Part shown: in pieces, positions 26,786-38,932 of the stretch | Layout of the letters: each line of letters starts with the position of its first letter | How positions within the stretch are numbered: the stretch's first letter is position 1 | Source: Vicugna vicugna | Taxonomy: Eukaryota | Direction of reading: 5' to 3' | NCBI GenBank assembly: GCA_013265495.1 | Contig: MU061542.1 | Coordinates: 216,972-280,971 of the forward strand | DNA length: 64,000 nucleotides | Program-made: the position numbers and the translations under genes | Notes under the pieces: model-generated | The model's input: the letters and a program-made list of their open reading frames with translations, nothing else | Told to the model about the DNA's origin: nothing | The model's database searches: none

Positions 26786-28071
26786 TAATGAAGTGTTAGA
26801 ATGCAAATGTTCAGGTTGAAAATTGAGTTATCAACTTACATTAGCTCCCTAGCCCATTTCCTCTTCTGTTGTTCACCAGCACCTTGTGCATATCCCAAGT
26901 TTCTCTAGCATTGTTTTTCTTGTTGTAGAGTTTATCTTCTTTAATCAAGGTTCTTATTACTTTAAAAATTAGCTATTAATTCAGAAAGGAGTACTTTTAA
27001 AAACGTGTATTTTAAAATTATTTTTATTGAAGTAGAGTTGATTTACAATGTTACATTAGTTTCAGGTGTACAACATAGTGATTCAATATTATTATTAATT
27101 ACACTTCATTCAAAGTTATTATAAAACATTGGACATATTTTCTTTGCTGCACAATACATCCCGGTAGATTATTTATTTTAGATATAGTAGTTTGTACCTC
27201 TTAATTTCCTAATTCTAATGCTATCTTAACCTCATCCCACTCCACTTTGTATTTATGAGGCTGTTTCAATTTTCTTGTATTCATTTGTTTCATTTTTCAT
27301 ATTCCAAATATAAGTGGTAACACATGGTATTTTTTATCTGTTTCACTTATTTCACTAAGCATAATAACCTTTAGTTCATCTATATTGTTGCAAATGACAA
27401 AACTTTTTTATTGCTGAGAAATATTCCATTATGTATAATAAATATATACATCCATTCATCTTTTGATGGTCACTTAGACTGCTTTCATTTCTTGGCTATT
27501 GTGAATAATACTCTTATGAACATTTTGGTGCATATATCTTTCCAAATTAGTGTTTTCATTTTCTTTGGATATATCTCTTGGAGTGGAATTGCTGGATCAT
27601 ATGGTAGTTCTATTTTTAGTTTGCTTGAGGAAACTCCATGCTGTTTTCCATAGTGGTAGCATCAATTTACATTGTACCACCAACAATGTACTAGGGTTTC
27701 CTTTTCTCCACATCCTTGCAAATATTTGTTATTTGTAAACTTTTTGATAATTTTGACAGGTGTGAGGTGATATCTCATTATGGTTATTATATTAATTTCT
27801 CTGATGATTAGGAATGTTGAGCATTTCTTCATGTACCTGTTGGCCATCTGTGTATCTTCTATGGAAAAATATCTATTCAGGTCTTCTTCCTGTTTATTAA
27901 ACTGCTTGTTTAGGTTATTTTTATATTGAATTGTAAGAGCTATTTAACTTCTTATCAATCATATAATTACAAATATTTTTCTTCCATTGTAGGTTGTCTT
28001 TTCATTCTGAAATGATAGTCTTACTGTGTAGAGTATCCTAGGTTGTAGGTTTTTCTGTTTCAGCACTTTAT

Positions 28072-31000
28072 TTTTTAATTTTAATGTTTTTCTATTGAAA
28101 TATAATTGATTCCAAAGTTGTGTTGGTTACATGTGTACATCAGGGTAATTCAGTTATACATATATGAATATTTATTCCTTTTCAGATTATTTTCCACTAT
28201 GGGTTATTATAAGATACTGAATATCATTTCCTGTGCTATAAGTATGCCCCTGTTAGTTATCTATTTGACATATAGTACTGTGCACATGTAAACCCCAAAT
28301 TCCTAATTTATCCCCTCCCCACTTTCCTCTTTGTTAACCATACATTTGCTTTCTCTGTCTGTGAGTCTATTTGTCTTTGTAAATAAATTCATTTGTATTT
28401 TTTGTTTAGATTCCAAAAATAAGTGGTATCATCTGTTATTTGTATTTCTCTGTCTGACTTGCTTCACTTAGTATGATAATCTCCAGGTCCAGCCATGTTA
28501 ACAGAAAATGGTATTATTTCATTCTTATTTATGGCAGAGTAATATTTCTCTCTCTGTCTGTATACACAGACACATACACAGTGAATTATATGTGTGTATA
28601 TATGTGTGTGTGTATATATCTTCTTCATCCATTTATCTATTGGTAAACATTTAGGTTGCTTTCGTGTCTTGACTATTGTAAATAGTGCTTCTATGAACTT
28701 TGGAGTGTTACGTATTTTTTCAAAACGGAGTTTCCCTGGATATATGCCTAAAAATGGGATTACTTGATCATATGGTAACTCTATTTTTTAAGAAACTCAG
28801 TTTTTCAAGGGAGCTCCATTGTGTCCTCCATAGTGACTGCACCAATTTACATTATCACCAATGGTGTAGGAGGGTTCACTTTTCTCCACACCTTCTCTAG
28901 CATTTATTATTTGTAGACATTTTGATGATGGCCATTCTGACTGGTGTGAGGTGATGTCTCATAATAATTTTGATTTGCATTTATCTAATAATTAGTTATG
29001 TGAGGATCTTCTCATGTACCTTGTGACCATCTGTATGTCTTCTTTGGAGAAATGTATGTTGATATCTTCTTCCAATTGTTTGGTTTGGTGGTTTGTTTTT
29101 CTAATATTGAGCTGTTTGTATAATTTGGAAATTAATTCCTTGTTAGTCACATCATTAGCAAATATTTTGGCCCATTCTGTAGGTTGTTTTTCTTTCTTTC
29201 TTTGTTCTGTTTATTGTTTCCTTTGTTGCGCAAAAGCTTTTAAGTTAATCACTTCCCATTTGTTTATTTTTATTTTTATTTCCACTACTTTAGGAGACAG
29301 ATCCAAATCAAGCAAAAAAAAAAAAAAGTGTTGCAGTAATTTATGTCAAAGAGTGTTCTTCCTATGTTTTCCTCTAGAGATTTTAGAGTATCTGGACTTA
29401 CATTCAGTTTCTTAATTCTTTTTGAGTTTGTTTTTGTATATCATGTGAGAATACTTGTCCTGTTCTTGATCTTAGCAGATAGGCTTTCAGCTTTTCACAG
29501 TTGAGTATGATGTTGGCAGTGGGTTTGTTATATATGGCCTTGTTTATGTTGAGGTATGGTCCTATTATATCCTCTTTCTGAACAGTTTATTTTAATACAA
29601 ATTAATGTTGAATTTTATCAAAAGATTTTTCTGTATCTATTGCAATGATAATACGGTTTTTATTCTTCAATTTCTTCAAGTGTTGTATCTCACTGACTGA
29701 TTAGTGATTATTAAAGAATCCTTGCATCCCAGGGGAAAATCTCATTTGATTATGGAGTTTGATCCTTTTAATGTATTGTTGAATATGAGTTGCCAATATT
29801 TTGTTAAGGATTTTTGCATCTATGGTTATCAGCCTGTAATTCTTTTTTTTAATATGTATCTTTGGCATATAGTTGCTCATAGTAGTATTTATTCTTTTAT
29901 GTTTCTGTGGTGTCAGTTGTAACTTCTTTTTAAATTCTGATTTTATTGAGTTAAGCCCTCTTCCTTATTTTTTTTTAAATTGATGAATCTGCTAAAGGTT
30001 TGTCAGTTTTGTTTATCTTTTCAAGGAACTAGCTTTTAGTTTCTTTGATCTTTTTGTTTTGTTTTGTTTGTTCTTTTTCTCTAGTTACATTAGGTATAAA
30101 GTTAACTTGTTTATTTGAGATTTTTCTTACTTTCTGAGTTAATTTATTGTTGTAAACTTCCCTATTAGAACTGCTTTTGCTGTGTCCCATAGATTATGGA
30201 CCATGGGGTTTTAATTTTCATGTGTCTCTGGATATTTTCTTTTTATTTCCTCTTTCATGTCTTCAGGGACCCATTGGTTGTTTAGTAGCATGCTGTTTAG
30301 CCTCCATGTATTTGTATTTTTGCATTTTTTTCTAATACTTGATTTTTGATCTTGTAGTAATTTAGTCAGAAAAGGTGCTTGATATAATTTCAATTTTCCA
30401 AATTGTACTGAGGCTTTCTTTGTGGCCCAACATATGTTCTATCCTGGAGAATGTTCCATATGTACTTGAAAAGAATGTGCATTCTATGGCTTTTGATTGG
30501 AATGTTCTATAAATATTAATTAAATCCATCTCATCTAATGTATCCATTAATGCCTGTGTTTCATTTTTGATTTTCTATCTATCTTGATGATCTTTCCTTT
30601 TATGTAAGTGAGATATGATGTAAGTCCCTCATTATTATTGTGTTACTGTCAATTTCTCCTTTTATATCTGTTACCATTTTCCATATATACTGAGGTACTC
30701 CTAGGGTGGATGTATATATATTTACAATCATTATGTCTCCTTGGATTGATCCTTTGATTATTATGTCATATCCTTCTTCGGCGTTTGTTACTGGTATTTA
30801 TTTAAAAGTCTATTTTGTTTGGTAGAAGTATTGATACTTCAGCTTTCTTTTGTGTTTTATTTGTGTGGAATATCTTTTTCCATACTTTCTCTTACAATCT
30901 GTATGTGTCTCTAGATCTGAAATGGGTTTCTTGTAGGCAGCATATATATGAGTCTTGTTTTTGTATCCATTCAGCCAATCTAGGTCTTTTGGTTGGAGCA

Positions 31001-34000
31001 TTTATTCTGTTCATATTTAAGGTAATTGTTGATATGTATGTTCTTATCGTCACTTTGTGAATTGATTGAGATTTGTTTTTGTATGTCATTTTTTTTCTTC
31101 CTCCTTTCTCCTTTTGTTTTGATCTCTTGTAACTTGATGATAATCTTTACTTTTATGCTTGGATTTTTTTTCTTTTTTTGTGTGTATCTCTAGTATAGAT
31201 TTTTTGGTTTGTGTTTACCATGAGGTTTTGGTATGGTATTTATAGATAAATAAATAAATAAATACATAAAGAAATAATAAATAAATAAATATAATACTGC
31301 TAAGCCATTGATCTCTTAATTTCAAAGGAATTTTTAATACCCTACATTTGTACTATCCTTTTCTCATGATTACTGCTTTTGATATGATATTTTACATCTA
31401 ATTGTTTTTTGTATCCCTTAACTGCTTTTTGTGGAAACATATGATTTAACTACTTTTGCCTTTTAACCTCCCTACTATTTTGTGTGTGATTTGCTTCCAT
31501 TACTGTAAGTTGCCTTTACCAGTGAACTTTTCCATTTTTTAATTTCTTCTTTCTATTTGTGGACTTTTCTCTTCTGCCTAGAGAAGTTTCTTTAGCATTA
31601 GTGATAAAGCTGGTTTGATGGTTCTGAATTCTTTTAGCTTTTGCTTCTCTGTAAAGCTTTTGATTTCTCCATGAAATCTGAATGATAGCCAAATTGATAA
31701 GAATATTCTTGGTTGTAGGCTTTTCTCTTTCATCATTTCAAATATATTATGCAAGGCCTTCTGGCCTGTAAGTGGTTCATTAAAAATGCATGTCCTGGTT
31801 GTAGTAAGCAATGCTCTGGATCTAGAATATTTTCTCATTCTCTATGAGACTGTCTCTAATTATAAGCCTAATGGTCTGAGCTGATCTTTGCAATTAAAAT
31901 TTTTAACCAACTAAACTGAAATATGGGTCATAGTTTTAGAGTAGCATTGTATTCTCTGCTGAAAAATAAATGTATAGCATTATAAGAGCTCCCTTGTATG
32001 TTATTTGTTGCTTTTCCCTTGTTGTTTTATTTTCAGCATTTTTTATTGAGTTATAATCATTTTACAATGTTGTGTCAAATTCCAGTGTAGAGCACAATTT
32101 TTCAGTTATACATGAACATATATATATTCATTGTCACATTTTTTTCTGTGAGCTACCATAAGATCTTTTATGTATTTCTCTGTGCTATACAGTATAATCT
32201 TGTTTATCTGTTCTACATTTTGAAATCCCAGTTCTGTCCCTTCCCACCCCCTGCCCCCTTGGCAACCACAAGTTTGTATTCTATGTCTATGAAAACAAAA
32301 CAAAACAAAACAAAAACAGACTCATAGACATAGGCATAGACATTCCCTTCTTATTTTTAATATTCTTTCTTTATCTTTAATTTTTGTCATTTTAATTATT
32401 ATATGTCTAGGCATATTCCTCTTAAGGTTAATATGATATAGGAGTCCCTGTGCTATCTGAACTTGGGTGAATGTTTTCTTTCTCAAGTTAGGGAGATTTT
32501 CAGCTATTATCTCTTCAAATGCTTTCTCAGGACCTTTCTCATTCTCTTATCCTTCAGGGATCCCTATAATATGAATGTTAGTACACTTGATATTGTCCCA
32601 GAGGTCTCTTAAACTGTCCTCATTTCTTTTCATTCTTTTTTGTCTGTTCTGCAGGCTTGATTTGCACTACTGTGTCTTCAAGGTCACTGATCTTTTATTT
32701 TGTATTATTAGTCTCCTATTGATTCCTTCTAGTGCATTTTTTATTTACGTTACTATATTCTTCAACTTTGTTCCATTGTTCTTTATATTTTCTCTTTGTT
32801 AGATTGTTCTAACTTTTTGCACTGTGCAACCATTCTTCTCCTGAGTTTTTGGATCATCTTTACAATCCTTACTCTGAAACCTTTCTCAGCTAGATTACTA
32901 TCTTCATATCACTTAGTTATGCTTATGGGGTTTTATCTTGTTCTTTCATCTGGAATACATTCTTCTGCTGCTTCATTTTGCCTAAATTTATATCTGTATT
33001 TTTATGTATGTTGTAGTTATGTTTCTCAGCCTTGGAGAAGTGGCCCTCTGCAGGAGACATCCTTTGTGTCCCAGTAGTCCTTCTTATCATCACCCAAGGG
33101 GCAAAGGCCAGCTGGTCACAGGATCTGGCCTGTTTACAGACTGGGTTCCACAGACTGAGGGATCATAGTTTCCTTGTTTCTGCTCCCTTCCCTGTGGTGA
33201 GTGAGGCTGGTTTATAGCTTTGTGCAGGCTTTCTGGCAGGATGGGCTAGTGCTTGCACACTAGTGGGTGGAGCTGGGTCCTGGCCCTCTGGTGGGCTGGG
33301 ACATGTTTAGAGGCAACTGTGGGTTCAGGAAGTCTTTATGTATTCTATCTGCTAAAAGCTAAGGCTGTTTCCCTGCTCAGTTAGTTGTTTGGCTTAAAGT
33401 ATCCCAGAACTGGAACTTACAGGATGTTGGGTAGGACCAGCTCTTGGTACTAATGACCCAAGAAGATGCCAGCCTCTAGGAAAGTTCATGTAAATGAATA
33501 CCTCTCAATATGTCCATCTTCAGTTTTTATCTCACCAGGGTGAGACACAGACACCACCTGCCTGCCTCAGAGATCCTCCCAGACCAGCAAGTAGATCAGG
33601 GCCGGGCACCTATGAAGTTACTGCTTTTTTCCTTTTATCCTGGTGTGCATGAGATTATATGTGTGCCCTATAAAAGTGAAGTCTCTATTTCCTCCAGTCC
33701 TGTGGAGTCCCTGCAACCAAGTCCTGCTGGTCTTCAAAGCCAAATGCTTTAGGGGCTCTTCTTCCTGGTGCAGGATCCCCAGCTGGGGAGACTGACTTGG
33801 GTCTCAGAATTCCCACTCCTATGGCAGAACCTATATACTATAATAATTTTCCAGTTTATGGGTTGCCCAGTCAGGGGTTTGGGATTTGATTATATTACAA
33901 GTCCACTCCTCTTGATCACCTCATTGTAGCTCATTTTTTATGTTCTTAGTTGTAGAAGATATATATTTTTTCTTTTGGTAGACTCCAGTCTTTTTTATTG

Positions 34001-34092
34001 ATGGTTAGTCAGTGGTTAGTGATAATTTTGTTGTGCTTGTGAGAGAAGGTGACTGCAAGGTCTTTCTACTCTACAATTTTGGCTTAATCTCC
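28072..34092 (-). mobile_element. L1 with both ends and internal deletions (element C), inserted into ORF1 of element B
   Basis: T-tail at about 28072. ORF2 remnants in ORF tracks 30892-31089 (NRINAPTKRPRLAEWIQKQDSYICCLQETHF) and 30362-30547. ORF1 remnant in 31578-31838. The 5' end (reverse complement) is ggagattaagccaaaattgtagagtagaaagac. TSD: tcagcacttta (28060-28070) and tcaacatttta (34093-34103). Confidence 0.88.
32029..32342 (-). mobile_element. Young 5'-truncated L1 3'UTR with a short inverted segment, inserted in ORF1 of element C
   Basis: Closely matches the 3'UTRs at 48590-48905 and 60720-61030. The segment 32292-32333 is in + orientation. TSD: ttcccttgttgtttt (32014-32028) and ttcccttcttatttt (32343-32357). 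Confidence 0.9.
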
Positions 34093-34633
34093 TCAACATT
34101 TTAATTATATCATGCTACCCACTTTGGCATACAAAGTTTCTGCAGAAAAATCAGCTGATAGCCTATGGGAATTCCTTAATGTACTTTTTGATTTTCTCTT
34201 GCTGACTTTAGAATTCTCTCTTTGCCTTTGACATTTGCCATTTTAATTATGATATGTGTTGAATCTCTTTGAGTCTCATCTTATTTGAGACTGTCTATGC
34301 TTCCTGTACCTAGAACTCTATTTCTGTCTTCATGTTTGGAATATTTTCAACCATAACTTATTCAACTATATTTTTTGACTCCTTTCTCAGTCTCTTCTCC
34401 TTCTGGGACCCCTATAAGGAGAATGTTGGGATGCTTGATGTTGTCCCAGATATCTCTTAAACTATTCTCATTTTGCAATTTTTTTCTTTTAGCTGTTCTG
34501 ATTGAGTGATTCCCATTATTATTCTGTATTCCAGATCATGCATGCCTTCTTCTGCATCACCTCATGTGCTGATACTTCCTTACAGTGTATTTGCCATTTC
34601 AGTTATTCTATTCTTAAGTTCTGACAGGATATT

Positions 34634-34662
34634 TTGTTGTTGTTGTTGTTGTTGTTGTTGTT
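34634..34662. repeat. (TTG)n microsatellite
   Basis: Seen directly. Confidence 0.95.
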
Positions 34663-35616
34663 ATTTACTTTCTTGTGAGAATTCTGAGTTCATCTATTTT
34701 TGTCAGAGTCCAGTCAGTATCTTATTACTAATGCTTTGAACACTTTATCTGATAAATATTCTGTTTCATTATTTTTTCAGAGATTTTTTTCTTGTTCTTT
34801 CATTTGAAATAAATTCCTCTGTATTCTCATTTTGCTTAAAGTTGAAATATCTTTTTACAAACCAGAGAACATGTTAGCATGGAATTGGGTGTAATTTTGT
34901 AGTGCCCTAAGTTGAGAGAATGCTGGGAGAAAAGCAGATTTGACAACTAGTATTAAAATTTGCAAAAAAAATGACATACATAATTAGTTGTTATAAATAC
35001 AGCAATTCTGTTCATAATATATAAGTTGTCATAAAAATGTGTTTCAAATAAAAATTTAATAAAATTATTTATAGTATTGAAAAAATGGACACTAAAAATA
35101 AAATGAAATAAGCATTTTAGGGATAAAATAGGCCAAAATAAAAATATTTTTGCAAGAATGTATTGATTATATTCATGACTCCCTGGGAATTCCAAATTAG
35201 TATAACTTCTTACAAGTTACGGAATGATAATTTTATGACCCCACAATAAATATATTTATATTATTTCCTATTCCCTATTATTGCTAGGCATATTTATTGT
35301 TTAAATAATCAGATACATAACATTAAATATAATTGTTTAACTTTTAATAATGTGGAAAAAATTTGAATTAACTGCTTTCTACATAAAAATTATTAATATA
35401 TTGTAGTAAATATTTCTGATGAAATTTCTTTGCCATCTGAAAATTACAGTTCTGAATAATTTTTGATGTCTTGTAGAAAATGGATACACTCAGATCATCT
35501 CATAAATATTTAATGAAAGAATTAAAAAACAGGGTCATACAAAACTGTATTACTCTGATCTAAAATAAGTTCAGTACAAAAACTTGTGTGTTTATATATG
35601 CAATAAACATCCATAC

Positions 35617-35879
35617 ATTAGTGGGATTAGGAACCCCTAATTAGGGACCCCTAAATTAGAAAACCGACTAAAGTGTGGGATTTTGCTGCTGTTATGAAAG
35701 ATTTCACACCACAGAGGCAGAGGTATGAAGTAGATAGCCAGTTGATTGCTCAGAAGAGAAATAGGAAGGAAAGAGCTTGAACAGGGAGAAGGAAAGTAAA
35801 GCATTAGAGCAAGGAAAAGGCTCTTAGTCGGGAGCCATCAGAGAAAATGGTGAATAGAGACATCTCCAGCTCATGGACT
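35617..35879 (-). mobile_element. ERV LTR fragment (3' part) abutting the tail of element D
   Basis: Shift to purine-rich, LTR-like sequence: gattttgctgctgttatgaaagatttcacaccacagaggcagagg...catctccagctc. Confidence 0.5.
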
Positions 35880-36827
35880 TTGTTTTTTGAAATATGATCA
35901 ATTACAATGCCTCAAAATCTGATGTACAGCATAATGTCCCAGTCATGGATGTATATACAAAGATTGTTCATATTCTTTTTCATCAAAATATATTACAAGA
36001 TATTGAATATAGTTCCTTGTATTATACAGAAGAAATATCTTTTATATCTATTTTTATTAAGGTTAACATTTTCAAATAGAAAACTCCCATATTTATCCCT
36101 TCCCACGCCCTTTCCCTCAGGTAACTGTAAGATTATTTACTATATGTGAAAGTTTGTTTCTGTTTTGTAGATTAGTTCATTAGTGTCTTCTTTTTACTTT
36201 TTTTTTCCTTCTTTTTAGCTTCTACATGAGTGATATCATATGGTACTTTTCTTACTCTCTATGACTTATTTCACTTGGAATGACAATCTCCAGGTCCATC
36301 CATGTTGCTACAAATGAACTTTTTAAGGCTGACTAGTATTTCACTGTATAAATATACCACAACTTCTTTATCTAGTCACCTGTCCATAGATATTTAGGTT
36401 GCTTCCATGTCTTGGCTAGTGTATATATTGCTTCTATGAACATTGTAGTGCATGTATCTATTTGAATTAGAGCTCACTCTGGATATATGGCCAAGAGTGG
36501 GATTGCTGGATCATATGGTAAGTCTTTTTTGTTTTTAGTTTTTTGAGGAGTCTTCATGCTGTTATCCATAATGACTGCACCAAACTACATTCTCACCAAC
36601 AGTGCAGGGGAGTTTCTTTTTCTCAACACCCTCTCCAGCATTTATCATTTTTGGACTTTGGAATGATGCTCATTCTAACTGCAGTGAGGTGATATTCCAT
36701 TGTAGTTTTGGTTTCAATTCTTCTGATAATTAGTAATATTGAGAATTTTTTCATGTGCCTATTGTCCATTTGTATGTCTTCATTGGAGAACTGCTTGCTT
36801 AGGTCTTCTGCCTATTTTTGGATTTGG

Positions 36828-36863
36828 GTTGTTGTTGTTGTTGTTATTGTTGTTGTTGTTGTT
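36828..36863. repeat. (GTT)n microsatellite inside ORF2 of element D
   Basis: Seen directly. Confidence 0.9.
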
Positions 36864-38895
36864 AAGTTGTATGAGCTGTTTATATATTCTGGAAATTAAG
36901 CCTTTGCCAGTCGCATCATTTGCAAATATTTTCTCCCGTTACATAGGTTGTTGTTTTTATTTGCTTATGGTTTCCTTTGCTGTGTGAAACTTATGAGTTT
37001 AATTAGATCCCATTTATTTATTTTTGCTCTTATTTTCATTGCTTGGGTAGACTGCCCTAGGAGACCATTGCTAAGATTTATGTCAGAGAATGTTTTGCTC
37101 GTGCTTTCTTCTTGATTTAACGTGTCTTGTCTTTTGTTAAATTCTTTAAGCCATTTTGAGTTTATTTTTGTGTCTGGAGTGAGGGAGTGTTCTAACTTCA
37201 TTGATTTACATGCTGCTATCCAGTTTTCACAACTGGATCACTTGCTGAAGAGACTGTCTTTTCTGCACTGTATATTCTTGCCTCCTTTGTTGAAAATTAA
37301 TTGACCATAGGTCTATGGATTTATTTCTGGGCTCTCTATTCTTTTCCATTGATCCATTTGTCTGTTTTTATGCCAATACTAGGCTGTATTGATTACTGTA
37401 GTTCTGTGATACTTTATGAAGTCTGGGAGGTTTATTCCTCCAATTTCCTTCTTTTTCTTCAATATTGCTTTGACAATTCTAGGTCTTTTATAATTCTATC
37501 TAGATCTTAGGATCCTTTGTTCCAGTTCTGTAAAAAGTGTCCTGGGGTGTTTGATAGGGAATACATTAAATCTGTAGATTGCCTTGGGAAATATGACCAT
37601 TTTAATGATACTGATTCTTCCAATCTAAGAGCCTCGGATATTTTTCAATTTATTTAAGTCTTATTTAATTTCCTTAATCAATATTTTATAGTTCTCCATG
37701 TATATGTATTTCACCTCCTTGGTCAGATTTATTCCTAAGTATTTTATTGTCTTGGATGTGATTTTAATGGGATTTTTTCTTTACTTTCTTTTCCTGTTGA
37801 TGCATTGTTAGTGTAAAGAAATGCAACTTATTTTGGTACTTTAATCTTGTTTCCTGCTTCCTTGTTGAATTCTTTTATTGGCTCTTGTAGGTTCTTTTGT
37901 GTGTGTGTGTAGCTTTTAGGGTTTTCTATATATAGTATCATGTCATCTGCATATAGTGACAATTTTACCTTTTCTTTTCCAATTTGGAACACTTTTATTT
38001 CTTTTTCTTGCCTGATTGCTGTGGCTAGGACTTTCAAGACTATGTTGAATAGAAGTGGTGAGAGTGGGCAACCTTGTCTAGTTCCAGATTTTTGTGGGAA
38101 GGTTTTCAGTTTTTCACCACTGAGTACTATGCTAGCTGTAGGATGGTCATAAATAGCTTTTATTATGTTGAGATGTGTTATCTCTCTATTCACTTTAGTA
38201 AGGGATTTTATAATCATAAATGGGTTTTAAATTCTATTAAATAATTTTTCTGCATCTGTATTGAGACGATCATGTGGGTTTTGTCTTTCTTTTGTTAATG
38301 TGATGTATTGGATTAATTGAATTACATATTTTGAACCATCCTTGTGTTCCTGGGATGAATTCTACTTGATCATGGTGTATGATCTTTTTCATGTGCTGTT
38401 AGATTCTGTTTGCTGATATCTTGTTGAGGATTTTTGCATTCATGTTCATCAGTGATATTGGCCTGGAATTTTCTTTTTTTGGTAGTGTCTTCTGTGATTT
38501 TGATATTAGGGTGATATTGGCTTCATAGAATGAGTTTGTGAGTATACCCTCCTTTTCAACCTTCTGGAAGAACTTAGAGGGATTGGTATGAGTTCTTCTT
38601 TGTATGTTTTGTAGAATTTCCTAGTTAAGCCATATGGTCCTGGATTTTTATTTGCTGGGAGGTTTTTTTTTTTTTTAACTGCTAATTATTTGTCATTTCT
38701 AGTGATTGGTCTGTTCAAGTGGTCAATTTCTTCTTGATTCAGTCTTGTTGGACTTTATGCTTCCAGAAACTTGTGAGTTTTTTCTAGGTTATCTTGTTCA
38801 TTTCCATACAGTCGTTCATAGTATTCTCTTATGACATTTTGTATTTCTGTGATATTGGTTGTAAGTTCTCCATTTTCCTTTCTTTTTTCTTTTTT

Positions 38896-38932
<37 letters not shown>

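Larger units (their letters stand above)
27020..34850 (-). mobile_element. Older L1 (element B): 3' end at 27020-28070 and ORF1 part at 34093-34850. Internally deleted and split by element C.
   Basis: 3' terminus tttttattgaagtagagttgatttacaatg. ORF2 C-terminal sequence runs to about 28010 and is joined directly to antisense ORF1 (gagtatcctaggttgtagg...tcagcacttta). ORF1 continues after 34093 (ttctgcagaaaaatcagctgatagcc). Confidence 0.8.

Noticed and set aside
31773..31951. Foreign insert as a NUMT
   Set aside because: I recognise no mitochondrial gene, tRNA or D-loop motif on either strand. It is kept only as an unidentified filler.
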